Shown: positions 26,676 through 36,762, counted from the first letter of the stretch. The stretch: DNA of 64,000 bases from Candidatus Methanomethylophilaceae archaeon (GCA_944320495.1 CALUHR010000005.1:248581-312580), one strand, 5' to 3'. Translations and numbers: made by a program. The notes: a model not told the origin generated them from the letters alone.

Positions 26676-27044
26676 ATGTACATTAGCGAGGAGGAGGAGG
26701 CCCGTCGCCTCGCGGAGATCAAGCGGTTCTGCGATGCGAACGGGATCCACGCGTCGAAGACGTTCGATTCGTACTACTTCACGATGCGCGGCCATCGGTA
26801 CCGCGTGTCCAACCACACGGTGGAGGCATCCAACCGCCACGCCTACGACAGGGCCGGGCGGAAGCGCAGGGAGCTGTACCATCCCGACGGGAGGGAGGAC
26901 GGCGTCACATACATCCACGCCAGCAGGTACCGCATCATCAGGATCTACCTGGACCTCAAGCTCGGCGCGAAGCTGGACGGACGCGGGCGCGTCGTGGGGT
27001 ACACCTACCGCGGGAACGGAGGGGGCAGACGATGGCCGTCATAG
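26676..27044 (+). CDS. Hypothetical protein (SYYF...RVSNH motif)
   Basis: 122-aa ORF with typical codon bias. Confidence 0.75.
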   Translation: MYISEEEEARRLAEIKRFCDANGIHASKTFDSYYFTMRGHRYRVSNHTVEASNRHAYDRAGRKRRELYHPDGREDGVTYIHASRYRIIRIYLDLKLGAKLDGRGRVVGYTYRGNGGGRRWPS

Positions 27045-27514
27045 TCCGCGCCCCCGCAGACTCCGCTCCCACGTCAGTGCGCTGCTGGAACTGCCGGAGG
27101 AGGGGGCTGTCCAAGCCCCGCTCCCGTACGCTGTCCCCCGGGAGGGAGGACGGCGTGTACGCCTGCTCCGAGTGCGGCGCGCTCACGTCCATCCGCTCCA
27201 CCCGCGGGGACCTGATCTGGGCGAGCGACGACGGGATGTGGGCCATCAGCACCGACGTGGACTGGAGTCGTCTCTTGGCCAGGAGGCCGGGGGCGAGGTT
27301 CGCCCTCGAGATCCAGTCCGCCGACGGACGGCGCATCCCCGCGTTCTCCGAGGGGCGCGGGATCCTCACGCTCTCCCCGATCCCTTCCGACGCACCGTCC
27401 GAGCTCCTCCAGGCCGTCACGTTCTACATGCGCTCCCAGCAGAGGTCCTCCCCGCCCGAGGGGAAGTCCGTACGCGGGATCCTCAGGAGGCACCGAGTTG
27501 ACAACGTCCGATGA
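27032..27514 (+). CDS. Zn-ribbon hypothetical protein
   Basis: CWNC...CSECG. Confidence 0.65.
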   Translation: MAVIVRAPADSAPTSVRCWNCRRRGLSKPRSRTLSPGREDGVYACSECGALTSIRSTRGDLIWASDDGMWAISTDVDWSRLLARRPGARFALEIQSADGRRIPAFSEGRGILTLSPIPSDAPSELLQAVTFYMRSQQRSSPPEGKSVRGILRRHRVDNVR

Positions 27515-27884
27515 CATCAGGGCCGAACTGGTCCGCCACCCGGCAGGGAAGAAAAAGAAGAAACTCACTCTGAACCAGAAGCGCGACATCCGCGACGGGA
27601 TTGCCTTGGCGATGTCGTCGATAGGTACGGCGATCTCCGTCGCCGCCTTCGCCATGACGCTCAGCCCCAAGAACGACTCCGAGGGCGTGGCCCTCGCGGA
27701 CGATCTGGCCGGCTACTTCGGGGAGTTCGCCCCGTCACTGGGTGCGGATCGCCGCACCATGCTCCGCGCGATCTCCACCGCCGACGGGTGCAGACACATG
27801 ATAACCGCGGTGAACGCGGTGGGTTCCGGGCGCGAGGCGTGGAGGCTCGTCCGCGAGCTGAACAAGAGGATGAGGGTCCTCTGA
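27498..27884 (+). CDS. Hypothetical protein with one hydrophobic segment
   Basis: GIALAMSSIGTAISVAAFAMTL after a Lys run. Confidence 0.6.
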   Translation: MTTSDDIRAELVRHPAGKKKKKLTLNQKRDIRDGIALAMSSIGTAISVAAFAMTLSPKNDSEGVALADDLAGYFGEFAPSLGADRRTMLRAISTADGCRHMITAVNAVGSGREAWRLVRELNKRMRVL

Positions 27885-28039
27885 ACCGCTTATAAACCCC
27901 TTCGGACCCATCGTCTGATGCGGTCTGGGACGGGAAAGACATTCTTACGCATCACCCAGAACCATGAATGATGTGCTGCGGCCCCAACCGTTAACTACGG
28001 AGGCATGGTTTCACCGCTCATGCTGGGCGTCGACGTGGA

Positions 28040-28408
28040 TCACGAGGAACTCATTGTCATCCCAGACGTTTCGGGATTCCGCGTAGAGGCGAATCCGAAG
28101 GATTCGGATCGCTGAATCCCCCTCCGGTACTCGTTCAGGTAGTAGTCCAGCGCGTAGTCGCAGATGTCCGATCTCGCCATCAGCCCCATCGCGACGATCC
28201 CGTCTACGACGGCCTCGTCCAGACGCACCTGTATGGACTTCCCCTCACCGCGCCTCACCAGCTCCACGGACGTCGGCCGCTCCCTCCTGAGGCGGTCGTA
28301 GTAGGCCCTCATGGCGAAGCGGAGCAACTCGGAGATGTTCTCGAACTCGCCCGTCTCGATCAGGTGTTGGCACTGCGTGTATCTCTCTAGCCGTACCGTC
28401 ACGGTCAT
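28040..28408 (-). CDS. Tandem ribbon-helix-helix (CopG/Arc-like) regulator
   Basis: VTVRL...GEFENISELLRFAMR and IQVRLD...ARSDICDYAL; divergent from integrase. Confidence 0.65.
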   Translation of the reverse strand: MTVTVRLERYTQCQHLIETGEFENISELLRFAMRAYYDRLRRERPTSVELVRRGEGKSIQVRLDEAVVDGIVAMGLMARSDICDYALDYYLNEYRRGIQRSESFGFASTRNPETSGMTMSSS

Positions 28409-28433
28409 CGGCACCTTGCATCCCATGATTACC

Positions 28434-28518
28434 TACATTTGTTATTATATTAAATACATTTGTAATTAGAATCTGCCGAAGTATAAGCACAAATGTCATT
28501 AAAATAATGACAAATGTA
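28434..28518. promoter_or_regulatory. AT-rich divergent promoter with four ACATTTGT/ACAAATGT boxes
   Basis: TACATTTGT at 28434 and 28455; ACAAATGT at 28489 and 28510. Confidence 0.6.
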
Positions 28519-28552
28519 ACTATTAAATATGGCACAGCCGAATCCGTAGGGC

Positions 28553-29596
28553 ATGGAAGCAAGAACATTCCTCAAGCAGTATGAATGTCAAATGAGCGTT
28601 GCGTGGAACGAGAAGCGCCGCAATTGGCCCGCCATCGGATCCGTCCCCCGTGGAGAGTATCTCTTTCCCGACACCGTCGAGGAGGACCTCCAGGCATGGT
28701 GGAGGCACCTGATTGATAGCAACATCAACTGGCATACGGTCAAGGCCAACTGGGCCGCCACCCGCAGATGCATCAAGCTCCTCATGGACGCAGGATTGAA
28801 CTACGAGGCTTACGCCGTCGATAGAGATGACATCATCTTTCTCAGAGAGGACGGTTTCGCTGGCCTCTCCCCCGACACCGTCAAGTGGTACATCATGCTC
28901 TTCGGGCGCTACCTGAAGTTCAACGGGAACTCGGTGATTGACGGCATGGATCTCCATTGGCAGAACTCGGACGTCCATCCCGGCAAGGACTGGCTGGAGA
29001 GGGAACAGGCCGCCGTTCTCATGGCCTGCGACGGCTATACCGTCCACGAACGCACGGCACTCGTTCTGATGTTGACTATGGGACTCCGTAGGATCGAGGT
29101 CCTCAGGCTGAGGGTGGATGGCATCACCGACGACGGTGTCATAGTGTGCGGTAAGGGGCACGGCGGCGGGAAGTACCGCTTCGTGCCGTACTCCAAGGGC
29201 GCAAGGCTCCAGATCCAGGAGATGCTCCGCTGGAGGGAGATGCAGATCTCCGACGAGAGGGATCTCGACCCCGACTACGAACCTGATCCGGAGTTGTTCC
29301 TCACCCAGACGAGGCACCCGCATCACTACAATGAGGCGGGTACGGGGTTTGACAAGAGTATCCTGAGAGGCATACGCGATAAGTCGGGGGTGGAGTTCTC
29401 CAACCACACGTTGAGGAGGACGTTTGCCAGGCTGACCTACTTCGAGAACCCCACAGAGAGGACGCTGGAGATACTGGCCAGCATCCTGGGCCACGAGGAC
29501 ACGAAGGTCACGCTCCGCTACATTGGGGTGTCCGAGGACGAGAAGTCCGACGTCATGCTCAGCCAGAGCTGGTTCCGATCCCCTCAACGGAGTTGA
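28553..29596 (+). CDS. int: Tyrosine recombinase/integrase
   Basis: GLRRIEV (R), HTLRRTF (HxxR), LGHED, TLRYIG (Y). Confidence 0.95.
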   Translation: MEARTFLKQYECQMSVAWNEKRRNWPAIGSVPRGEYLFPDTVEEDLQAWWRHLIDSNINWHTVKANWAATRRCIKLLMDAGLNYEAYAVDRDDIIFLREDGFAGLSPDTVKWYIMLFGRYLKFNGNSVIDGMDLHWQNSDVHPGKDWLEREQAAVLMACDGYTVHERTALVLMLTMGLRRIEVLRLRVDGITDDGVIVCGKGHGGGKYRFVPYSKGARLQIQEMLRWREMQISDERDLDPDYEPDPELFLTQTRHPHHYNEAGTGFDKSILRGIRDKSGVEFSNHTLRRTFARLTYFENPTERTLEILASILGHEDTKVTLRYIGVSEDEKSDVMLSQSWFRSPQRS

Positions 29597-29898
29597 GGGA
29601 AACCTCTTCCAAACATCGGATCGGGCGAGACCGTTATATCGCACCCGATCCATCCCTTCATCACAACCGGGTGCGTCTCCGTGACCGTACGCCATGGCGA
29701 GCGAGAGTGTGAGTGCCGCACCCATACCATGTTCTCATTTTTCGGTAGAGGAAACACCTCCGTTTCCACTGCAGACCATAAATACTGACCATCCCCATGT
29801 GGTGAGTGCGTGTTGGGATGCACGCAAGAGGAATCAAAATGGGAACGCAAGAGATTGCGTTCTCAGAGACTTTCGGAACCGAGACTGTGTCTGCGATG

Positions 29899-29926
29899 GC
29901 GAGTTCAAATCTCGTCCCTTGCACCA
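29899..29926 (+). other. tRNA 3'-end fragment (T-arm + acceptor 3' strand + ACCA), probable attR; Leu-like
   Basis: GCGAG-TTCAAAT-CTCGT-CCCTTGC-A-CCA ~300 bp after the integrase, with no canonical D or anticodon arm upstream. Confidence 0.75.
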
Positions 29927-30077
29927 CTCTTCTTCAACATTTCTCCGTTCAGAGGATGGTCCATCTCGTTCGTTTCGTAGAAAAAGGGGGCCGATCATGG
30001 GCCCTGACGACGCATGAGATTGGAAGAAGGGAAGGATGGGGCGGACCCGTCCAATCGTCCGCCCCGGATTGTTCGTC

Positions 30078-30623
30078 TCAGGACCTCTTGGCGAGGGACG
30101 TGCACGGACATATCGTCTCCCCGGTCCTGACGTAGGAGTAGGTGGGCCCGTCGAACAGGACCGCACCCACCTTGGAGGAATCGATCTTGCCGTCCGTCAG
30201 CAGATCGTCCTGGACCCAGGTCGCCTTGATATCCAGGATGAAGTTGTCGAATCCTTCCGTTTCCACATTCTGGTATACCTCGCACTCCATCACGACCGGC
30301 GCCTTGTCGGGAATGGGCACACCACTGGTGCCGGGATGCCACAGCATGATTACCGACTTGTCGTCCTTGTTGCCGGTGAGGACCCCTGCGATGTCCGCCT
30401 CCCTCAGCATCCCCTCGTCCACAAGGCAGACGGAGACCTTGCCGGTCTCCCTGATCCCCTTGTTGGTGTGATGGGCCTTCACCATGCTGACCATGATCCG
30501 GTCCATCCCGACGATGCCCGAATGGGCGACCTCGGTCCAGTTCGGCTTTCCGTCCACCATGGCGCCGACCACTACGATCGGCATCGGATTCAGCGCCATG
30601 ACCGCACCTATGTTGCTCTGCAT
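30078..30623 (-). CDS. Flavin reductase-like (flavoredoxin) protein
   Basis: ALNPMPIVVVGAMVDGKPNW; ETGKVSV; PVVMECEV. Confidence 0.85.
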   Translation of the reverse strand: MQSNIGAVMALNPMPIVVVGAMVDGKPNWTEVAHSGIVGMDRIMVSMVKAHHTNKGIRETGKVSVCLVDEGMLREADIAGVLTGNKDDKSVIMLWHPGTSGVPIPDKAPVVMECEVYQNVETEGFDNFILDIKATWVQDDLLTDGKIDSSKVGAVLFDGPTYSYVRTGETICPCTSLAKRS

Positions 30624-30696
30624 CCTTACATACCTCCTGTATCGAAGAGCTTCCTTCTTCGATAGGATGCATAATGTATTGTAATTCTAATTTAAA

Positions 30697-32589
30697 TTAC
30701 AATTCGTTACTACGGTGTAACTTCTCGGAGCGTCTGACGGCAGGAGGATCCGATCGGACCCTTCCCGCCACGGCGAGATCCGCGAGCCTGTCACGGCTGG
30801 CGCGATAGGAGTCCACCACCCCTGCCACGCCGTCCAGGAAGTCGGAGTCCGCAGAGGACAGCCCCAACCCATCCTGTGGGTCGGCCCCGTCCAGGAGCCT
30901 GACGGCGGCCTCCCTGGCCTCCGGGCCCGCGTCACGAGCGGAGCGGTACGCGGCGGCGCATCTGGCCGCCAGGTCGTCCAACGAGTCCGCGAGGGCCTCC
31001 AGCTCGGGGGACGGCTCCCTCTCGGCGTTCATGGCGATCTTCCTGGACACCGCCGCGGACTTCACGACGCAGTTGGCCTCCGCCTCGTCGTCGGGATTCC
31101 CGCGGAGCGAGGACATCAGGCAGGAGACGTGCTCCCTCGCGAGCGCCAGATGCCTGGCCGCCAGGTCCAGCGTCTCCTGCCCGAGACGGTACGGCAGGAC
31201 GACGAAGTTGGCCAGCGTTGCGACGGCCACGCCCGCGAGTATGTACAGGACCCTCTCGGTCACGACGGTGTCCGTCGGGACGGCCATGCTCGCCGCTATC
31301 AGCGCGGAGACGGTGACGAAAGCCATCTGGACATCGTACCTCTTGGGATCGAGGACGGTGTAGACGTAGTTGATCAGCATCAGCGCGGCCGACATCAGGG
31401 CCACGTCCGAACCGGTGAGCGCGGCCAGCGCCATGAACGCCACGGCCCCGACCAGGGTCCCCGCGACCCTGCGAACGGACTTCTGCATCGATCCGTCCAC
31501 GTAGGGCTGCACTATGGCCACGGTGGTGAACAGCAGCCACTTCGCGTTCTCCAGGTCCCAGTGCCGCCAGACGAACGCCCACATCGCGAAGAGCAGGGTC
31601 ATGCGGACGGCGAAGGTGAACCTGACGGAGTCGACCCTCAGGTCCTCCCTGAGGCGGACGCCCATGGCGCGCACGGGCGGCCTCCCTCCGGGGAAGGACG
31701 CACTCGCCCCGGAGAGCCTCGACAGGGCGTCGTCCACGGCCGCGACGGCGGACATCATCAACGGGTCCGCCCCGCGGTTGGAGGACCGGACATCCGCGTA
31801 TGTGGCGCGGAAGTCCTCCAGGGACGCTTTCCCGGCCTCATGGTCGGCCAGGATGTCCATCAGCGACGCCACGCCCTCCAGGAGCCTCGGATCCGCTTCC
31901 GGTGAGCACACCCTGCGGCCGAGTCCCCTGACAGCGACCATCAGATCCAGCAGGGAGCGGTCCGCCGGCGTCGTGAAGAAGTTGGACTTCAGGCGGTCGC
32001 CAAGAGCGGCGCCCAGGCCCTTGCAGGATGCGTCGAAGGCGGAGGCGTCGGGATGCCCTCCGGAGGCCGCGTCCCTCGCCGCGGATGCGACGGCGCGGCA
32101 CAGGGCCTCCATGCCCCTGTGGGACGTCATCTCGAAGCGCCTACGGTTCACGACCCAGTTCATCCCCACCACGAGCACGGATCCGACGGCCAGCGCCAGC
32201 AACCTCACGGGCAGCTGCTCCGCCGTGACCGGCACGGCGAGCATGAATGCGTAGCCGAGCATGAACGGGAAGTGCATGGGGGACGCCAGGTCCTGCAGGG
32301 TGAGGAACACAACTGCGAACACCAGGACCAGGTTCAGCACCAGACCGAGGTACTCGTCCGTGAGGGATGCGTATGCGCACAGCCCCATCGCGAGGTTCAG
32401 CCCGAGTATCCCTCCGAGGTTGACCAGCGGACGGGCCGAGAGGTCCCTCTGGAGCAGCATCAGGGCCATCACAACGATGACCACCCCCACCAGCGAGTTC
32501 TCCTGACCGAAAACGGACGAGAACCCCGCTATGAAGATGACCATCACCGCGAAGAACACGGTCTTGCCTGCTATCGTCTTGGCGTCCAT
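30697..32589 (-). CDS. FUSC-family membrane protein
   Basis: Two multi-TM blocks; second has FAVRM...WLLFT...RRVAGTLVG. Confidence 0.8.
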   Translation of the reverse strand: MDAKTIAGKTVFFAVMVIFIAGFSSVFGQENSLVGVVIVVMALMLLQRDLSARPLVNLGGILGLNLAMGLCAYASLTDEYLGLVLNLVLVFAVVFLTLQDLASPMHFPFMLGYAFMLAVPVTAEQLPVRLLALAVGSVLVVGMNWVVNRRRFEMTSHRGMEALCRAVASAARDAASGGHPDASAFDASCKGLGAALGDRLKSNFFTTPADRSLLDLMVAVRGLGRRVCSPEADPRLLEGVASLMDILADHEAGKASLEDFRATYADVRSSNRGADPLMMSAVAAVDDALSRLSGASASFPGGRPPVRAMGVRLREDLRVDSVRFTFAVRMTLLFAMWAFVWRHWDLENAKWLLFTTVAIVQPYVDGSMQKSVRRVAGTLVGAVAFMALAALTGSDVALMSAALMLINYVYTVLDPKRYDVQMAFVTVSALIAASMAVPTDTVVTERVLYILAGVAVATLANFVVLPYRLGQETLDLAARHLALAREHVSCLMSSLRGNPDDEAEANCVVKSAAVSRKIAMNAEREPSPELEALADSLDDLAARCAAAYRSARDAGPEAREAAVRLLDGADPQDGLGLSSADSDFLDGVAGVVDSYRASRDRLADLAVAGRVRSDPPAVRRSEKLHRSNEL

Positions 32590-32658
32590 AGTGATTTTGA
32601 GCGCAATCAAATCCTGTATTTAACAGGAGACGATGACAGGAACGACGGAATCGGCGGA

Positions 32659-33663
32659 TCAGACGAACCTGTACGACAGCTCGCAGGCGCCGTCCCTCAC
32701 ATCGAACTCCGCCATGGCGCCGTTGACGAACGTCATCCTCGGCGCCTTGTGGCCGACGTCCGCATCAAACACCGCCGGCACGCCCAAGTCCCCTATCTCG
32801 GCCATGACCGCATCGTTGTAAGGGGATCCCCCGTGGTAGAACAGCGGCCTGCCGAACACGAACCCGGTGCAGTCCCGCAGCCAGCCCTTGTCGCACATCA
32901 GCCTCAGGAGCGTCCTGATGCGGTCCTCGGCCATGTCGTACGTCTCCAGGTACCAGACGACGCCGTCAGGCCCGTACCTGTCGACGAACCCCGACGCGTC
33001 GGCAGTATCGTACCTGACGAACCAGTCGATCACGTCCATGCACCCGCCGATGAGCCTCCCCTCGAACCTGACGTCACCGGACGGCGAGACCCAGACTGTG
33101 TCGGCGTCCTCCCTGAAGGGCTCCAGACCGGTGACCCTGTCGGCGAAGCCCTCGGCGTGCCTGGCGAAGGACCTCTGCGACGTCCTGCGGCCCTCCAGGA
33201 ACTCCAGGGACTGCTCCACGCTGGGGTGCCAGGGCTCCATGCCGAAGTCACCGTAGTTGCCCCCGTAGACGGTGGCCACGTCGTGCTCGGCCGTGATCTT
33301 GAACAGGAGGGTCGTGTTGTCCGAGTATCCCTGGAACCACTTCGGGTTAGATTCTATCAGATCCCAGTCCATCAGGGGGAGCATCTCGAACTCGTAGTCC
33401 CCTCCGGAGGCGGCGTAGACGGCCGCGACCGACGGGTCCTCCATGAGGGAGTTGAACTCCTCGACGCGCTGCTCCGCCGGGGCGCTCCGCCCCTGCTCGT
33501 CGCACATGAAGGTGTCCGGGGTCTCGACGACCCTGTACCCCCTCTCCTCCAGCCTGCGCCTGGCGTTGGCGAACCTTGCGCGGTCGGTGGCCTCCGTGAC
33601 CCCGGCCGAGGGGCCGGTGACTCCGATGACGTCGCCTTTCGAGAGGAATCCGGGATACTTCAT
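32659..33663 (-). CDS. LD-carboxypeptidase, S66/MccF family
   Basis: GDVIGVTGPSAG, GYSDNT, FLETY-like, DVGHKAP. Confidence 0.9.
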   Translation of the reverse strand: MKYPGFLSKGDVIGVTGPSAGVTEATDRARFANARRRLEERGYRVVETPDTFMCDEQGRSAPAEQRVEEFNSLMEDPSVAAVYAASGGDYEFEMLPLMDWDLIESNPKWFQGYSDNTTLLFKITAEHDVATVYGGNYGDFGMEPWHPSVEQSLEFLEGRRTSQRSFARHAEGFADRVTGLEPFREDADTVWVSPSGDVRFEGRLIGGCMDVIDWFVRYDTADASGFVDRYGPDGVVWYLETYDMAEDRIRTLLRLMCDKGWLRDCTGFVFGRPLFYHGGSPYNDAVMAEIGDLGVPAVFDADVGHKAPRMTFVNGAMAEFDVRDGACELSYRFV

Positions 33664-33715
33664 GCACCGTCAACGAATCGACCCTGTTATAAGCGATGCG
33701 CCCATCTGGACCCTC

Positions 33716-34207
33716 ATGGGAATCCTATCTGACAGGGACATCATGGAGAGTCTGATGACCGGGTACCTGGGCATCTCCGACTTCTCCGAGAGGGGCCTCA
33801 CCCCCAACGGCTACGACCTCAGGATCGCCGAGATATCGGTGCGCGGGGACCCGGAGGTCAAGAGGGAGGGCACCGTCGCGATCCCACCCAGAACCATGTT
33901 CTACGTCTCCACCATCGAGCGCGTCAGGATGCCGAAGGACGTCTGCGCCCAGCTCTGGATGAGGACCACCTGGATCAGGAAGGGGTGCATCGGCGCGTTC
34001 GGGAAGATCGACGCCGGGTTCGAGGGGACGCTCACCCTCGGCGCCTACAACGCCACCGACGACGTCGTCGAAATCCCCGTCGGCGAGAGGTTCTGCCAGA
34101 TGGTGTTCGAGACCCTGAACTCCGAGACCGTGAAGGACTACGCGGCCAGGAGCGGGCACTACCAGGGCCAGACCGGCATCACCCTCGATCCCCTGAAGAG
34201 GGATTGA
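33716..34207 (+). CDS. dcd: dCTP deaminase
   Basis: ILSDRDI, PNGYDLRI, GKIDAGFEGTLTL, RFCQMVF, YQGQ. Confidence 0.9.
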   Translation: MGILSDRDIMESLMTGYLGISDFSERGLTPNGYDLRIAEISVRGDPEVKREGTVAIPPRTMFYVSTIERVRMPKDVCAQLWMRTTWIRKGCIGAFGKIDAGFEGTLTLGAYNATDDVVEIPVGERFCQMVFETLNSETVKDYAARSGHYQGQTGITLDPLKRD

Positions 34208-34491
34208 TTTTTCAGAGGGCCTCGGCCCTCCGTCCTGTACCTTCTCAGGGGGAGGTAGCACGCCGGGATCCTCGGCAGCGCCTTCGGCACGAAGCTGCCG
34301 TCGAGGATGTCCTCGATCATCGCCTCCTCCCTGACCTCATACCTCTTCGGTATGAACCGGCGGGTCTCGTTGTCGACCCTGCCCACGTATATCCTGTCCG
34401 ACACCGGGCTCCTCTTCTCCGGGACCCTGCAGGAGCGGCACTCGTAGATGTACGTGTAGCGGCCCTTCACGATGCGGACGATGTAGACCAT
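34159..34491 (-). pseudogene. Short ORF resembling the N-terminus of IS1634/IS4-type transposases
   Basis: KGRYTYIYECRSCR...RIYVGRVDNETRRFIPK; no DDE domain follows. Confidence 0.35.
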
Positions 34492-34664
34492 GGCATGGTG
34501 TCATCGATGGCTGTATATCAGCCTTGTCCGCGGGATTGTAGTTACCACCAGGATGCATCCAGCCTCATTATCCGTCCATATGGGCCCGCGGATGCGCACC
34601 TCTTCAAATACCGTGCACGATTGGAGCAGTTCCGCGGCCATCAGAGGCCGAGGAGTGAACAGAG

Positions 34665-35630
34665 ATGGTGTTCATCAGATACCAGCACGTGGAGCGCCTC
34701 GACGCCGACGAGGCGGAGGGGCTCCTCGAGGGGAGATGCCACGTCTTCCCGAAGATGGACGGCTCGAACATGTGCGCCTACCTGGAGGACGGGGAGGTCC
34801 GCACCATGAGCAGGAACAAGGTGATCGGCCCTCCGGAGCCGTTCGCAGTGTTCGTTGCATCCCACGAGAACATAGCCAGGTTCCTGAGGGACTTCCCGGG
34901 GCTGCGCCTCTACGGGGAGTGGATGGTCCCGCACACCGTGAAGTCCTACGTCCCGGAGATATGGAACCGCTGGCTCATCTTCGACGTGACCACCGAGGAC
35001 CCCTCGAGGACGTATCCTCTGAAGAACGGCGGAGCCCTCGACTGCGCCGGCAGGACGTACATCCCATACGAGGAGTACGCTCCGATACTCGGGATGTACG
35101 GCATCGAGTGCATCCCGCCCCTGGCGGTGATCGAGAACCCGGACCCGAAGGAGCTCGGGCGCATAGCCGACGAGGACAACACGTGGATGGTGGCCGAGGG
35201 CGCCGGATGCGGCGAGGGCGTTGTCGTGAAGAGGTACGACTTCACCAACAGGTACGGCAGGGCCGTGTGGGCCAAGGTGCTGAACTCCAGGTTCTGCGTG
35301 TTCAAGATCGCCGGCAGGGCGAGCAGGAACGAGGAGAAGCGCGACGGCACCAGCGTGGAGCACGAGATCGCCCTCAGGTACGTGACCCAGGACCTGGTGG
35401 ACAAGGAGTACTCCAGGATCCTCGCGGAATCGGAGTCCAGGAACGTTCAGGGGCAGCTGCTCGGGACCGTCTGGCACTGCCTGGTCACGGAGTGCCTCTG
35501 GGACGCGGTCAAACGCTTCGGCTCGCCGACCGTGGACTTCAAGCTGCTGCGCAGGGAGTGCGATGTCCGCACCAAGATGATCCGTCCGGAGGCCTTCGGC
35601 CTCAGGGTCATGGAGGTAGCGGACGAGTGA
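34665..35630 (+). CDS. ATP-dependent RNA ligase, Rnl2-like
   Basis: Motif I KMDGSN, LYGEW, IFDV, EGVVVK, WAKV. Confidence 0.8.
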   Translation: MVFIRYQHVERLDADEAEGLLEGRCHVFPKMDGSNMCAYLEDGEVRTMSRNKVIGPPEPFAVFVASHENIARFLRDFPGLRLYGEWMVPHTVKSYVPEIWNRWLIFDVTTEDPSRTYPLKNGGALDCAGRTYIPYEEYAPILGMYGIECIPPLAVIENPDPKELGRIADEDNTWMVAEGAGCGEGVVVKRYDFTNRYGRAVWAKVLNSRFCVFKIAGRASRNEEKRDGTSVEHEIALRYVTQDLVDKEYSRILAESESRNVQGQLLGTVWHCLVTECLWDAVKRFGSPTVDFKLLRRECDVRTKMIRPEAFGLRVMEVADE

Positions 35631-35722
35631 ATCACCAGCGGGGGCGGGGAGGGGTGTAAGGAACGCCGCCCCTCCCCGGATTACCCATGATTTGACAAAA
35701 ACGAGAAACCCATTCACTGTCG

Positions 35723-36739
35723 TCAGAGGAGCGGATGCTCCGATCGGAGCTTGTGGACGTCGATCGAGTACACGCTCATCGTCGGGGAGTAGGTCTTCAG
35801 CTCCGAGGTCTCGAGGGAGATGGAATGCCCGTCCTCGGCGGCCATGGCCGCCATCTCCTCGCACAGCTTCGGGAAGTCGTCCCTCTCGATGATCTTGTAC
35901 ATGTGGACGGTGCCTCCCCTTTTGAGATGTGACAGAGCCAGCGGGAGGAACCTGTCCGCGATCTGCGGGAGGTTCATGATGATGCGGTCGGCCATCGGCA
36001 GGGTCGGGACGACGAGCGTGGCGTCGCCAGTGATCGGCTCCAGCACGTCGCAGCGGTTGTCCTTCCTGTTCATCAGCGCGAAGCGCTCCGTATCGGGATT
36101 CAGGTCGATCGAGTACACGGCGGAAGGCTTCGCGGCCCTGCAGATCTGGACCCCGAAGGGCGCCACACCGGCGAACATGTCGATAACAATCTCCCCTTCC
36201 TTGACCTGGGAGGCTATCCTGTGCCTCTCGCCGGCCAGCCTCGGGTTGAAGTAGACAACCGCTGGGTCGGTGTGCATCCTGGCTCCGAACTCCCTGTGGA
36301 CCGTCTCAGACGGACCCTCGCCGGCGATGAGCTCCAGGTCCCTGACCCTCAGCTCGCCCTTGACGCCGGAATCCAGGAAGACGCAGCGGAGGCTGTGGTT
36401 GGCGCGCATCATGGCGGCGCCGATGTCGGATCTGAAGGGCATCAGCTCGTCCGGGAGCTTGATCATGCCCACGTCGCCCACGACATCGAAGGACGACGGC
36501 AGCATGTCGGACAGCCCCTCGGGCAGCGTCAGGAGCTCCCTGTAGTCGCCGACGGGACGCTCCTGCGGGCGTAGCTCCGCCTCGCACATCTCCATGCCCT
36601 CCACATCGGAGGTCACCGGGATCAGCAGGAAGCCGTCCTCGGAGCCGATCCTGTGTGCCGTGTCCAGCAGACCGGCCTCGAGGATCCTGGCCCTCGCCGA
36701 CTCGCCCTCGGCCTTCGGTACCCTGACGCATCTGACCAT
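35723..36739 (-). CDS. trm5: tRNA (guanine37-N1)-methyltransferase Trm5 family
   Basis: SFDVVGDV, VYFNPRLAGER, IDMFAGVAPF, DRIIMNLP. Confidence 0.85.
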   Translation of the reverse strand: MVRCVRVPKAEGESARARILEAGLLDTAHRIGSEDGFLLIPVTSDVEGMEMCEAELRPQERPVGDYRELLTLPEGLSDMLPSSFDVVGDVGMIKLPDELMPFRSDIGAAMMRANHSLRCVFLDSGVKGELRVRDLELIAGEGPSETVHREFGARMHTDPAVVYFNPRLAGERHRIASQVKEGEIVIDMFAGVAPFGVQICRAAKPSAVYSIDLNPDTERFALMNRKDNRCDVLEPITGDATLVVPTLPMADRIIMNLPQIADRFLPLALSHLKRGGTVHMYKIIERDDFPKLCEEMAAMAAEDGHSISLETSELKTYSPTMSVYSIDVHKLRSEHPLL

Positions 36740-36762
36740 GCGACGCCCCATGCGCTCCACGT

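Larger units (their letters stand above)
1..29926. mobile_element. Integrated mobile element (provirus or integrative element), right part; left end outside window
   Basis: Dense run of hypothetical ORFs, TA-like genes and a mini-CRISPR, ending in a tyrosine integrase and a tRNA 3'-end fragment; housekeeping genes resume after ~30000. Confidence 0.85.

Noticed and set aside
29847-29926. Intact 80-nt tRNA (GCAAGAG could pair with CCCTTGC)
   Set aside because: No U8, D-arm or anticodon arm. The 5' part belongs to a separate hairpin (GGGAACGCAA-GAGA-TTGCGTTCTC). Only the 3' 28 nt are tRNA-like
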